Under the pieces are notes generated by a model. That model was not told where the DNA came from, did no database searches, and worked only from the letters and a program-made list of their open reading frames with translations. 64,000 bases of DNA from Octopus sinensis. Its lineage: Eukaryota. The stretch covers positions 34,286,001 to 34,350,000 of the forward strand of contig NC_043005.1 of the NCBI RefSeq assembly GCF_006345805.1, in the 5' to 3' direction. This document shows, piece after piece, positions 39,589 to 53,531 of this stretch (position 1 is its first letter; each line of letters starts with the position of its first letter). The position numbers and the translations under genes were made by a program.

Positions 39589-42500
39589 TAATATAAAAAC
39601 AAAATTGTAACAAAGAGAAAATATAAATATTGTATATATAATTCAAATGTTAAAGAAACCTCTGACTCGCTCTGTTTAATTTAGTTAAATTTGTTTTAAA
39701 TTAGTTTTTATTTAATGAGAAATTGTGGGTAGTCTGGGATTTATTCAAACAATGCAGGTCCCTTATATTTTATGATCCCAACTTTATAAAATCCATCTGT
39801 GTGAACAAACAAACATAGGCATGTGTGTGCTCACAGAGAGAGGGGTGGGGGAGAAAGCAAAAAGAGAAAGTAAAATATTTGTAAATTATTCTTATTCCTG
39901 TTATGCTTTTGTTCTGGCTTGCAACAAACTTCTATTTTAATGTTATGAAATGAAGAAAAAATACGAAACAAAACAAACTGAAAATTGAAAGAAAACACTT
40001 GATTACAAATGTAAAACTATTCACTTCATCTTTTGTGTGAAACTACTTCAAAAGAAAGTTAACTCCTTTCATGTACACTTAAACATAAACATATTCTGCT
40101 ATTTATTGAAAATTTCTCATAGCAATAGCCAGTAATCAATATGTTGAGCCCTTCTCAATACCTTAATCTTTTAAATCTGTAAATCTTCCACTTAATACTG
40201 TTTGGTAAATTTCTTTTGACCAATATTGCATCCAACCACCTTAGGGGAAGAGCAGTGATCAATACACTTGTGCCCCATTTCAGTAATGATTTTAAAAGCA
40301 TGGTATGTCATGTGAAGTTGCACAATGAAGTTAGTCTTTTCCAAAAGACAAAACCTATTTTAAAACTGAAAATTTAATAAAGTATTAACAAAACTGTGAA
40401 AAAGATATTTCACAATAAAATTACAGACATTTTGTACATCTGTCTGGTTTATTAAATCATCATAGTAGACATCAACAGTTCAAAGATAGGATCTACATGT
40501 ATAATCTTTTAATATCTATATACACTTACCTGCAGTTAATTTTACATTCAAATTACTATAAAAAATTCTACATCAGCTATTTTCATGATCATATTTTAGT
40601 TTAACCTTTCAGTTTTAATAATAATGTGAAAATTTGAAACACTTTTTTCCTTTTTAAGTTTAGTTAGCTTCAAAATCTTATTTTACTATTTGCTAATATA
40701 TTTTCAGAGCAACTTTCTCAGCTATTGTTTTGTAGTTTGTTATTCTATTTCTGTATCTCTGAGATTGAAATTTCATTTATAGTAAGATTAACGTCACTGA
40801 CTTTACTTTTTGTGTATATATTTACATCATCGTCATTGTCATCCTCGCTGTTGCTGTCACTGTCTTTTAATTCTACTCAAAATAATACTGACTTTTTTTC
40901 CTCCTTACCACTGACAGCCATCTGATTCTCTTCATAGTCTGTCCACTGTCCTTCCTTATGTTAATTGTTATCTTTTCCTGTTTGTTTATCTATTTGGTCA
41001 GTAACTAAGCATTTCAGATCTCAATATAAGTAGACCAAATCACATTTATACACAATGCTGCGGGCAAGATTAAATTTGTGATTTACTGTTGAAAAGACTA
41101 TTTTGTTGATCACTTGCATACAATATTGATCTTTAGTCTTTAGTTAACTCTTTCTACATCCATCTCAATTATGGAATGGAAACATAGGATTCTTTGAAAA
41201 CAGTTCTATTCGAACTGTTTTCAAAGAAAAGCTTTAGTGAAAATATATAAAAATGCATGAATATTATGGGTTAAAACTGTCCTGTAACATCTGAGAAGTT
41301 TCCTTGATATATGTGCTGAAAGCAGGATGTAGGCAGGAAATAAGTGTTGTATAGTATTTACTGATAAACACTAGCTCCTGGTTCAAAAAAAGGATTAGTT
41401 AAATCTTAACAGTATATGATGAAAGGCAAATGGACAACAATGCAAGATGAAACTAAATACTGCTTGCTCTCTCTATCTCTCTCTCTCTCTCTCACATGCA
41501 CACATTTAAACTTGAGTACAAGAAAACATCATTGAAATAGGATATATAATGAAATGGATTAAAAAAAATTATAAGCTATATAAGAAAATTTAAAAAGTAA
41601 ACAAATGTAAGCAGAAAATATATTTAAATTGACAAAATTAAAAGAAAATAATTTCTTCAAAGAAAACAAATATTTACAAAAGATCATGTATCTTGTTTAA
41701 TGTTTATTATCTTATTCCTTTATCTTTCTGCAAATTACCTATCTTTGTTGTGTATTTTAAGCTGAGATTATTAAAATTAGTTTGATTCTCTTTAATGTAA
41801 AATAAGCAAAAATATATTTTGATTGTTATATAATGAAGTCAGATAAATTCTATGTTGTTACTTGACAAATTTACAGACAAGATGAGTCAACTAAAAAATA
41901 TAAATAACTTACACTAAAGTTGCTGATGTAATTTAAAATCTTGACATCAAAATCACTTTCATCTCTTCAATTTATAAACATGTTTATAATCGGTATTATG
42001 TTATGTATTGTCAAGTTTTGATATTAAAAAACATTTTAAATTTACATAATTTTGAACCTCTGATCTGGTATAGAGATGCTGTAATTGTTGTTTAACCCCA
42101 GGTCAAATCTGATCATATACACCTATGATCAAAGTGTTGAAGCTATTACCATTCTGTCTCATTTTCTGATAATATATCCAATATCAAATATGTTCTTTTA
42201 GAAGATAGAGTATGGTTTGAGTGGAAATTAGCTGCTATTTACATAACAAGTTGAGCATGCATTTAGTGATGTTTTTGTAAATGCTTTTACTCAGAGAGAA
42301 CCTTTGAAATACACATCTCTCAAGGAACTCCTACATAAAAATTACATTTTTAGGAGTTATTTTTAAGTAGATTCATGAAACTTTTCTCCTAGTTGTTAGT
42401 TCATGTATTGTTGTTTAGCCTCCTAGTCAACCTGGATTGACAAGATAAACCTATTCAAACCATGGCCACCTTGTCTTTTATTCAGACATAATATATTTAG

Positions 42501-43307
42501 GACTTCATTATCATATATGTTTTTCCTCTTTTTAAGACGTGTGTAATTTGAATAAGATTTGACTGCTATGTTTTGCAGGTCAAGCAACCATGTAGAAGCT
42601 TTGGTGTTAACTTGTTTAGTTCATATTGTTCATTATGTTGTGCTTCAGAAGCCTTTGCTCTTTGGAACTTGTTAGAATTATCATCCAACTCCTTATCTGC
42701 TGTATTTAGTTTTCCATATCCTACCACCTTTATTGCCCTTCTCTCTGCACCTTTCTGCTTCTCTTTATATTTTACATTAACAAGTCAGCATAGTCTGTCT
42801 TGGAATTACATTTAGCTACATTTTACCTGCCAGTCATTGACCTTCTCCCCTCCATTACTTCTTTAACAAAATAATTAATTTCACTCATCCATTCCTTCCG
42901 AGTCATCTGCTCCTTTTAGAAACATTTGAAAGGAAATGGAAACTAACAAATAAGACAGATGATAGAAAGAAGAAAGAAAGAACTAACTGAGAAAACAGAA
43001 ACAACTCGGTTGATCAAACAACAGAATATAGAGAGCTGACTTTGAAACTCAGTTATGTTTGTTTGAGTTTAGAGGAAGATCTTTATATAATAGCAGACAT
43101 ATCTTTAGGAAAATTATAAGTTTTCAACAGTAGTGTTATGTTAGACGGGCAACAACACCTGTCTTATTTCATAACCAGAAGATATATTTGACAGAAGTTG
43201 ATAAACATATAAACAAAAGGACACTTTTTTCTGTATATATGTGGTGTAACTATTTGAGTGTATTCCAGTTCACTTCTATTATAGCCAATATCTGAAATTA
43301 TACTGTT

Positions 43308-43435
43308 TGAAATTTTGGCACAAGACCAGCAATTTTAAGGAGAGGGGATTTAGTTTATTACATGAACCCCAGTACATGGCTGGTACTGAAAGGATGAAAA
43401 GCAAAGTGGACATCAGCAGGATTTGAACTCAGAAC
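43308..43435 (-). mobile_element. tRNA-derived SINE family 1, partial
   Basis: aaattttggcacaagaccagc...ggatttgaactcag. Confidence 0.75.
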
Positions 43436-43442
43436 TCATTGA

Positions 43443-45055
43443 TCACCATCATCATTATCATCATCATCTGCTTTCCATGCTGGCATAGGTTGGACAGTTT
43501 GACTGAAAACTGGTAAGTTGGAGTTTGGGGGCTGTACCAGGTTACAATCTGATTTGGCTAGATTTCTATGACTGGATGCCTTTCCAATGCCAACCACTCT
43601 TAGAGTGTAGGGGGTGCTTTTTATGTGCTACTGGCATAGGTGCCATTGACCTGACACTGGCATCAGCCGCAACTATGGTCTCACTTGGCTGGATAGGTTA
43701 ACACAAGTGCAATATATTGCCAACGGTCTTGGTCACCTGTCACTGCCTCCATGAGGTTTCACTTGGTCTTCACAAGCACAACATATTTCCCAACAATTGA
43801 AGAGTGCTTTTAATGGGCCAGTTACATGACACTGGCATTGGCCACGACTATGATCTCACTTGGCTTGATGTCATTGCCTCCGTGAGGCCCAATGCATGAA
43901 CAGTACTTTTTACATGCCACTGGCATGGGTGCCAGTCAGACGGCACTGGCATCGGCCATGACTATAATTTCACTCAGTTCGACAGGTCTTCACAAGCACA
44001 GCATATTGCCCAACGATTGAAAGGTGCTTTTAGTGGGCCAGTTATGCAACACTCCCATCAGCCACAACTACGATCTCACTTGGTTTGATGGGTCTTCTCA
44101 AACATGGCATATCTCCAAAGGTCTAAGTCTTGTCATTGCCTCTGTGAGGCCTAACATTCGAAGATCATGCTTCACCACCTCATCTCGTGTCTTCCTGGGT
44201 CTACCTCTTCCACAGGTTCCCTCCACCATTAGAGTGCAACACTTCTTCATACAGCTGTCCTCATCCATACGCATCACATGTCCATACAAGTGCAGTTGTC
44301 TCTCTTGTATACCATATTTGATGCTTCTTATGTCCAACTTCTATCTCAGGACACTTACACTCTGTTGTGCATGCATACTGACATTACACATCCAGTGGGG
44401 CATACTAGCTTCATTTCTTACAAGCTTACACATGTCCTCAGCAGTCACAGCCCATGTTTCACTGCTGATTGCATGGCTGTTTGCACACAAGCATCATACA
44501 GTCTGTTTTTCACTCTTTTGTTACCAGCAGAGGTAGGAGCTCTCTGAACTTTGCCCAACCTATTCTTATTCTACCAGCTATGCTCTCAGAGCATCCACCC
44601 CTGCTGCTGACTTGGTCACTTAGATAATAGCAGCTATCAACTACTAGTTTTTCCCTTGGCATGTAATGGAATCTATTTGTGCATTTTCAGTGTTTATTGT
44701 ACCTGTGCACCTTCCATACAAAAAAAAACTATTTTTCCTGTTAACCTTCCTCTGATATTGCTGCACCTCTTATGTGTCCATAGCTTACACCGGGTACATC
44801 TTATGGAGTTTCTACCTATACCTTTTCTACAGATCAAGCAGGGATTTGTGATTTGTCTGCTTTCCTACTTACTAAGACTTTGGTTTTTTGCTAGGTTAAA
44901 TCTAAGGCCCTTCAATTCTAGATCTTGTTTCCACACCTGAAACTTCTTCTCTTGTTCTGGTAGTGATTCAGCTATAAGAGCAAGGTCATCAGCATAGAGG
45001 AGTTCCCAGGGGTAACCTGTCTTGAATTCCTCTGTTATTGCCTAGAGGCAAGTAT
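43443..45055 (-). mobile_element. 5'-truncated RTE-clade LINE (RT C-terminal half to tail)
   Basis: Minus strand: EEFKTGYPWELLYADDLALI, FNLAKTKVL, RQLHLYGHVMRM, GRGRPRKT; tandem 3' UTR; (GAT)n tail. Confidence 0.9.
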
Positions 45056-45689
45056 TTGTGCACTGATTATAGTATTTCTGTTGGTTGGTTTGGTTAGATA
45101 CGTTATGGTAGCTAATTTGGTGCATCTAACTTTTGAGGTAAATTTCTAACAAGATAGAATGTGTAAGAAATACATCTGGAGCCAATGAAGGACCAGTAGT
45201 TGTTATTTAGCTCCAGGTCAACACTTCACTATGAAAATTCCATCTTTTTAGATACATCTGTGACTACACTATCCATTATTATCCTTCCTTGTTTTAGACA
45301 GTGAACTTTGATTTGTTAGAGGTTTGACTGTTATTTCTTGTGACCATGTGCAAACAAACTACCAATAATATCCTTTAGTTACATCACTTGATTTCAATCT
45401 TTCTCCTTAAGAATGTTAAAGAAAACAACACAAGTGAAATAATCAACATTGTTGTTTTTAGTATTTTTTTTTATCAAACAAAGGCCTGTTTATTAACTTT
45501 TGTAAGAGAAAGGTAGTATAGACAGTTGAATCAGCCTGAAAAATAAAAATAACAATGTTGATGAATGATAATAGGTCAACTTTCTCTTGGGGTTGGTTTA
45601 TACCAATACATTATATCAAAGAGTGTGAGTAGGCTGATGATGGTTTAGTTGTTAGAATACCTTTAAACCAGTTGAGAGATTTGTAGTTG

Positions 45690-46060
45690 GTATCCTCTTA
45701 TCTTCTACTGTTTATTTGTTTCAGTCATTTGACTGTAACCGTGCTGGAACACCATTTTGAAGGGTTTTAGTCAAACAAATCAACCCAAGGACTTATTTTT
45801 TTAAGCCTAGTATTTATTCTATTGGTCTCTTTTGCTGAAGTGCTAAGTTTCAAGTGCATAAATACACCAACACCAATTGCTAAGCAGTGGTGACACACAC
45901 ACAGTGGGTTTCTTTCAGCTTTTGTCCACCAAATCCACTCACAAGGCTTTGATCGGTCCTAGGCTATAGTAAAAGACACTTGCCCAAGGTGCCATGCAAT
46001 GGTACTGAATCTAGAATCAAGTGATTAGGAAGCACACTTGTTACTACACAGCCATGCCTA
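45690..46060 (-). mobile_element. CORE-type tRNA-derived SINE (family 2)
   Basis: tRNA-like head ggcatggctgtgtagta..., CCTTGGGCAAGTG CORE-like motif, internal (TG)n. Confidence 0.75.
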
Positions 46061-48799
46061 TGTTATTCATATTATATCAATAGTCAAGATGATTTAGCTC
46101 CTAAAGACTATGTTTGCCTATCTTATTTTTGTTGTTGTTTTGCTCTCTGGTTACTCCTGATTCAGAAACCTATGAGCAAAAACATTTCAGCCTTGATCAC
46201 GTGGTCTCTTTGTATATCAGGATCTAAATAAGTTCATCTTTTCTTTTTTTGATATATGGTAATGGTTTTTGAGAGACATTTGGTTGTTACTTTTAATCTA
46301 GCAACAAATCATGTGGAGGCTTTCTTCTAAGCCTATATCATCAGTGGTGTTACAGTATTGTAATTGCCTTTTTTTTAAAACATGAAAATATACTTTGAAC
46401 AAAGTTTACTTGCTACTTTTTATTTTGACGCATTAAAATACTTGCCATCAGCTTGTGATTATTTGAAATTCAATTTAAATATGATTACAGAATGATTATG
46501 AAACATCTGGTCCAGCTTTTACTGCTTCTACCATTTTCACCAATCTTCCTACAAAACAATCCATTTTTTTTACTGTAATATGATTTTAAAATATACTTAT
46601 CTTGCGTTTAGCAAATGTTTATTTAAATACTTAGGGAATTATGTTAATATACATTTACTTGCTAATTTAATTTGTTTTATTTTCTAGTTAAATTGATTAC
46701 TGTACTTATGAGATTTTTACTGTATTAATTTGAGCAGGTTTTGCTTTCTATTGTTCCTGAGATTTGTAGTTCTTTAGAAGTTTATCTGTATTTTTATTTT
46801 CCCAGGGAGAGTATAATCCACTTCAGTTCCATGTGTTGTCCAGCTTGCTTAATAGATCTAAAGAAATTCACTTGTTTTTCTTATTTTTCTGTTAACTCCC
46901 CCCACTCCCCCCACTACCACTGTCTGTGATAAATCCATAGAAGTGGTGATAAAGCAAGCACATGTAGGTCTGCTGCTGTAAATCCCTAGATGGCCCAAAC
47001 ATAGAATGGACTAAGGGTGCATCACACTCCTACTTGAAATAAGTGTTTGAACAAAGTGAAGATGGAGCAGTAAGCACATTATTTGGTTTGGCCTGACTTT
47101 CTCTTGTAATGTTAAAACCAATATGCACATAATTTTTTATTGTATTCAAATATTCTCTTACTGTTCTCGATAGAAAAGTTTGCTAGTTTTCAGAAGATAA
47201 GGATTACAAACAATACAATATATTTCAATTATTTACAGTATATCTAATTTGTTGAGGTTTGATATCTTATAGTTTGTTTCATTCTAACAATTCCCTTTCT
47301 AAAATGTTGTGTTATTTAAAATTTCCTTATTGACACTAGACTACTATTCTAAGCTTTATATATATCAATTTTTTTTTTATGGAAATATCTTCTGTTCTTA
47401 TCAGAATTTTTGAAAAGTTATAAAATTTGAATTAAGAATTTTATAAAAAATCTAACAAGCTTATTGATTTTATTGATCACCTAACAGAAATGCTTGCCAG
47501 CAAGATAATTTGATTTGAATTTGCATAACACTCTTAAATAACAAATCCTTGTCCTGGAAATTCTCTCACTGGTAATTTATAAAGAAACTCTTCTTTCCAA
47601 TGTTGTAGAAATATATAACCAGTTTTGAATTGTGATGAGTTGGTGTAACATGTCAAAAGAAAACTTCTCAACATCAACATGAGATATTTAGATAAGTGTA
47701 GGAGATAAAACAACAGCAAAAAAGGACTACTAGTACTTTAGTCATTGACATTTCTGCTTTAAAAAGTAGTCATGGTGTAGATTTCAATAACTGATTTTTC
47801 TGATAACTCTTATGAGGAAATACAATATGTTGATATTCTTTTCTTTAATATTTGTTAGCCTGCATAGGAGGAGCAGTACTTATGAACTGCACAGTTCTTA
47901 ACAGATTAGCAAAGCAAATTTTTAATAGCAACAGGAGGGAGAGAGAGAGAGAAATGACACTGTTCAGTGGAAATTTGGTACTGGAGGAGAACAGGCAAGT
48001 CTATCAGGTAGTGTGTCTTACTTTTGGAATGTCTGTGTGAGGGGTGGTGGCTGTGTGATGTGTACTTTTAACAATGTATTAGTTGCCTGAACTTGTTTAG
48101 AAGTCTTTTATAACTCTAAAGACATTTACAACACTTCATTGTGATAGAGAAAAGTTTGTTATGAAAATAATATGGGGTAACTTATGAGCTGAGAAAAGGG
48201 AGAGAGAGAGAGGGTGGGGAGATAAAGAGAGAGAGAGGGGGAGAGAAAGAGAGAGATAAAATTTGTAGCAATTATAGTTGTTTGGATAATATTTTGAGAG
48301 CTGCAAGCTGAAGATTTATTTCCTGAGATATCATCCCCCCTCCTCACCCCCCTCCACCACCATCGTTTGCAGAGAGTAAATAGAGCATATTGTATGTCTG
48401 CCCAATGGGGATGTACAGGTATGGAGAAGATGTTAAAGTTATGTGTGGAAACTGATGGAGATATGTTGAAGAATACCAATGAAATAGGATTAAGAGTAGC
48501 TTAAAGTGTCAGCAAGTAGACCATTGGAGAATTTTGGTGCTGTACTTCAGTCTATGAATTCCATCAATACAAACTGCCAAAGCTTCTAATTGGTTCTGCT
48601 TTTTATACTTGACACGGTCAATGGTTTTCCTAGTGTCACAGATAGCATTGATTTCCCTAAAGTTTACAAGTATCAGCGTTCTTTCCTACCTTTGTATTTA
48701 CAAAATTCTGATTTTACTGACCTTGTACTGGTAGGTTTCTGAAGAGAGACAGAGATTCAAGATAGTGTGGAGGAGGTGATAATTTTGAATGATTGTTTC

Positions 48800-48990
48800 T
48801 ACCATCATCATTTAGCATATATGTTCTATGCTAGCATAGGTTGGATGCTTTGACAGGATCTGATGGGCCCATTGAACTCCACTGTCTGCTTTGACATGGT
48901 TTCCATAGTTTAATGCCCTTCCTAATGCCAACCACTTTACGGCATGTACTGGATATTTTTTGCATGTCACCAGCTGTAATAAAGTCACTA
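48800..48990 (-). mobile_element. RTE 3' tail copy
   Basis: catcatcattt...atgctagcataggttggat...ccttcctaatgccaaccac. Confidence 0.65.
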
Positions 48991-49172
48991 AACAGCTTGC
49001 AAGACTACTAGTGGTGGGTCGTTTTATGGTAGGAATAAGGAGTAAAAGTATGCGAGAAGACGCCTAATTTTCTAATTTCTTTATTTCTTACCACATTACC
49101 AAAAGTATTAAATTAAATTTTATTGGTGTACATTTTCAAATTGAATTATATTCGATGTCATTATATTTTATA

Positions 49173-49604
49173 AAGGCAGTGAACTGATAGAATTGTTAGC
49201 ACATTGAGCAAAATACTTAGTGGAATTTCATCTGCCTTTATGTTCTGAGTTCAAATTTTGCTACGGTCGACTTACAGGGCTGATAAAGTAAGTACCAGTC
49301 AAGTACTGGAGTTGATATAATCGAATTGCTCCACTTCCCCGAAATTATTGGTCTTGTGCCAAAATTTGAAACCAATATTCTGATTAAGATGGTGAGCTAG
49401 CAGAATCATTAGCACGCTGGGAAAAATGTTTAGCAACATTTTGTCTGTCTTTACATTCTGAATTCAAATTCTGCAGAGTTCTATTTTATCTTCCATCCTT
49501 TCGGGATTGATAAAATAAGTACCAGTTGAACACTGTGATCAATGTAATCATTTTACCCCCTGCCCCAAAATTGCTGGCCTTGTCTCAAAATTTGAAATCA
49601 ATAT
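49173..49604 (+). mobile_element. Two tandem family-1 SINEs (49173-49379, 49388-49604)
   Basis: Each has A-box-like head, gag/gaattcaaatt B-box and aaatttgaaa(c/t)caata end. Confidence 0.8.
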
Positions 49605-49739
49605 TCTGCTTCTATGTTCTGAGTTTGTGACATTGATGTGTCCTAAATTTGTGACTTTGATGTGTCTGTATTAGAAATGATTATCTATATTTTATGATAT
49701 TTATATATCATATATTTTATACGTCTATTATTTTATTTA

Positions 49740-49930
49740 AGGCAGTTGGACTGGCAGTGGTATTTAGTTAATGCCTTATGATATTTAGTTTAAAACCCTT
49801 TACATTCTGAGTTTAAATCCTGCTGAAGTTGATGTTACCTTTCATCCTCCCAGTTAAATAATGATGTTGAGATAATCAATTCTTCCTTGCCTCCCACCAC
49901 CTACATTTCTGGCTGTGTGCTTGTGTAACA
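49740..49930 (+). mobile_element. Degenerate family-1 SINE
   Basis: tttacattctgagtttaaatcc...ctttcatcc. Confidence 0.5.
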
Positions 49931-50244
49931 AATTATATTCTATGATATTTTTAATTCTGGGTTTTTAATCCCTCACATCCACATCTTAGATATTGATTTA
50001 TTCTAGCAGATTAGAATCATTTTCCTTCACAAGTGAATTTTTTGCTATAAAAAAATCTGTGCATTATTGAACAGAGAACAACTTTAGTTGAATTTCATGT
50101 TGTGTTAATATAACAAAGAGTAGAGTATTACTTTCTTTTTTTACATATGTGGAAGAATGGTACAGCTGAGTAATTTGTATGGGTTTATTAGCTTTGCATT
50201 GATGTGGATTGTTGAATAAGCTTTATGAAGATATTTGTTTCGAA

Positions 50245-50400
50245 TCATCATTTAGCACCTGCATGGGTTGGATAGTTTGACCAGATCTAACAAGCCAGAG
50301 GACTGTGCTGAGCTCTTATGTCTGCTTTGGCTTGATTTCTATGGTTGGAGGCCCTTCTTAATGCCAACCACTGCACAGTGTACTGGGTGCTTTTTGTAGT
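50245..50400 (-). mobile_element. RTE 3' tail copy
   Basis: catgggttggat...gcccttctaatgccaaccac. Confidence 0.6.
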
Positions 50401-51014
50401 CACGAAGTAACTTGTAATATAAGACCTCCTCAACTGAGTGTGGATGTAGTATTGCGATAGATAATTTTATGTCAAGTGTTGAGGGGTTAAAGTATGATTG
50501 GGAAACAGGAACAGGTGTCTAGCTGAAGAGAAGATAAATGACTTCCCCAACATGAAAGAAAAGAGGTGGTGAGGGCAGACTCCCGTGTACAAATTGAATA
50601 TAAGAGAGAAAATAGAGAAAGAGGATTAGAAAGGGTGGGTGGATATGTATGTTTGTGAAAGAGTGACAGATGGTTAGCGATGGGGATTAGAGGTGGGTAC
50701 AGTAAATGGGGCAGTTTATTCTTTTAAAAGAATACAAGGACAGAATAAGAGTCTGCTGTAGCTTTACAGAAGAAAGATAATACATTTTGTTTAAAGGGGA
50801 GCCCATCAGAGTGGTTTGAAAAAAAAAAAAATACAGCTAAAATAATGTCAGTAAAAGATTTTTTTTCTTTTTGATACACATTTTAAATACGGGTCATATA
50901 AATGAAACATCTTTCAAGGTGATTCAATTGACTGCTTATAAAGTAATACAAATTTGAATGTTTTCCAATTAAATGAAAGTTTAGCTTATTAAGCTTAATG
51001 TGTGAGGGTTATTC

Positions 51015-51024
51015 TATTATATTA

Positions 51025-51058
<34 letters not shown>

Positions 51059-51090
51059 CATCATTATTATTATTATTATTATTATCATCA
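51015..51090. repeat. (ATT)n/(ATC)n microsatellite
   Basis: Visible run. Confidence 0.9.
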
Positions 51091-52704
51091 TACAGAAGAT
51101 CTGAAGTTATTTTTACTATCTAGGCAAAGATATTATTTACTAGAAAAACTAGAATTGTCTGGTAAGGAAAGTAAATGAGTGGAAATAGTAGAGTATTGTT
51201 TATACCAATAGCTACTGCTTTATCAGTGCTGAACATTGCCAAGATCGCTTTCATTTTAAAGTCATCAAATGTTATGATTGGCATTGGAACAAATTTTGGA
51301 GATAAGAGAGAGAGAGAGTGACTAATACACTGGACATGGAGTTTGTTGGTTCAAATAAGTGGATACAGAAAAAGTGTTAGTTTTAGAAAGATAATAGTTT
51401 GCCATACCAGTAACGGTTTGTCAACATTAATAGTTGAGAAAAATTTGAGCTTAAATGAATATGTAGCCAAAGGAAGAGAAAGAGAAAGAGAGAGAAAGAG
51501 TGGCAGGAGGGGCAGATAAATATGTTTTAAATATGGCTATGTTTTCTTTTCTATTATTTTGGACAATGTTTTGGTTGTATTTCTTGAGAAAAAAATTGCA
51601 CATATATAATGTGAATTGATTGATCTAGTTCTCAGAAGGCAATTCTATTTCGATGGAAACACAGAACTAAGTGAAACTATTAATGGAATTTAGGGGAAAT
51701 ATTCATATCTCCATTATAATATAGAATAGTCTTTGTTTTGTTTTTGTGGGTGCAGCAGATTTTGTTTTGTTTTGATTGTCAGCATTTTTATTAATAGAGC
51801 TTCGAAAAAAAATGTTATATTTGGTTTTCTTCCCATTCTTTTTCTATCTTCCTTTGTCCATTTGTTTCTTTTTTTTTCTGCTTCTTTATCTTTATACCTC
51901 ACTCTTCATCAAAACTGACCATTCAAGACAGTTGCCATTTCTGTGCTAACTATTCAGGATCATATATATGTGTGTGTGTGTGGAATTCCATTGGTTACAA
52001 TAATGATAGTACCAGTTTATCTGAGCAACGGAACAGCTTGCTCATGAAATTAACATGTAAGTGGATGAGTGCTCCACAGACATGCATTTCCTTAATGTAG
52101 TACTCAGAGAGATTCAGTATGACACAATGTGCAAAGGCTGGTCCCTTTGAATTACAGGTGCAACTCATTTTTGCTAGCTGGGTAGACTGGAGCGACATGA
52201 AATAAAGTGTCTTGCTTAAGGACAGATGCACTGCCAGAAATCAAACTTGCACCCTTGCAATCTCCAGCCCAATACCCTAACCACTAAACCAGCTGTCCTC
52301 CTTGATTACCACATTAACTCTTTCATGACTAAATTTCTGTGATTTTTGGTTGAATTCTTGATTATATTTTAGATTAATACAAAATAATGAAGAATTTGGT
52401 TGTCATTAGTGAAATAGCTAATTTTCAGATTTATTTCTATCTTAAGCTAGTTTTGGAACAATTTCATAAAAACTTTTTGCATAGAATTGTCAAGGTAGAT
52501 TATGATTTAAGTATGAATTCTTTAAAACAATTGGTTTATAAGGCCAGTTAATATCAAAAAGTTTAAACACTTTGAGCAAGCTCCTCTTCTCTAGAGGTGT
52601 ACCTCCTGGAAGTTCTTTTGCACCCATATTGTCCATCCCACATATAAACTTCAATAATTCAAATAAAAAAATGAATTACTCTAATCACTGTCTACATAAA
52701 TAAA

Positions 52705-52850
52705 TTATATGTGTGTGTGTGTTTCTGTCTATCAAACCCATTCATACGATCTCAGTTGGGCAAGTCTCTTCTGAGACTTGCCCAAGGTATCACATTGTGG
52801 GACTGAATCCAAGACCACATGGTTGGGAAGCAAACATAGACATGCCTGTG
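52705..52850 (-). mobile_element. CORE-type SINE head (family 2)
   Basis: cttgcccaagg...gggactgaatcc...accacatggttgggaagca. Confidence 0.7.
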
Positions 52851-53531
52851 TAAATAATTGATTGCTTTAATCAGTTTTGATCATTATTGCTAAGTGGACT
52901 AGAAACATTCATGATACTGTTACTTAAGATAGTATTTTACTAAGTTTAAATTTCTTCTACTATCTAGTTTATTGGTTCCATTTCAATTTAATCACTTTGC
53001 TAAATGGAAGTGTAATCCTATTTGTACTAATTGCATTAGAGAATAGTGCAATTCCTAGAGATAGTCAAAAGAAACCTCCTAAACCAAATTAAAGATGATT
53101 TTTGAAAGAAAATAAATTTAGAATACGTAAAGTGTACTAGCCATCTGAATGTGGCTAGCCACTGGGGGTGGGGTGTTACTGACGCTTTTAGCCCCAGGAG
53201 ATCGACGTCTCCAGCTGGCCTTAGACACAATTTCAGAGAATAACTATCGGTCTAATAGTAAATGACTATTAAAATCTTACATTTATTTAAATGCTTCCTT
53301 TAGTATCATTGGTTATAATGTTCTGATGAGTCAGTTATGAATTCACTATATATCCCATGGTTAGAGTGGCATAGGAGTGTTTTTTCAACTCAGGAACAAT
53401 AAATACTGCAAGGTAATTTTGTTTGACATGTTGCAGATTGGCAGTTTTTGCACTGATGTGTGTATTCCCTGTTCCTACACACAATGGGCTTCTGCAAATT
53501 TCACTTACAAACCATTAATCAGCCCAAAGTC

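Noticed and set aside
44024-44940. Plus-strand ORFs of 170, 89 and 94 aa
   Set aside because: Antisense to the RTE ORF
53318-53350. CTGATGAG followed by gaattc
   Set aside because: No stem II pairing and no GAAA
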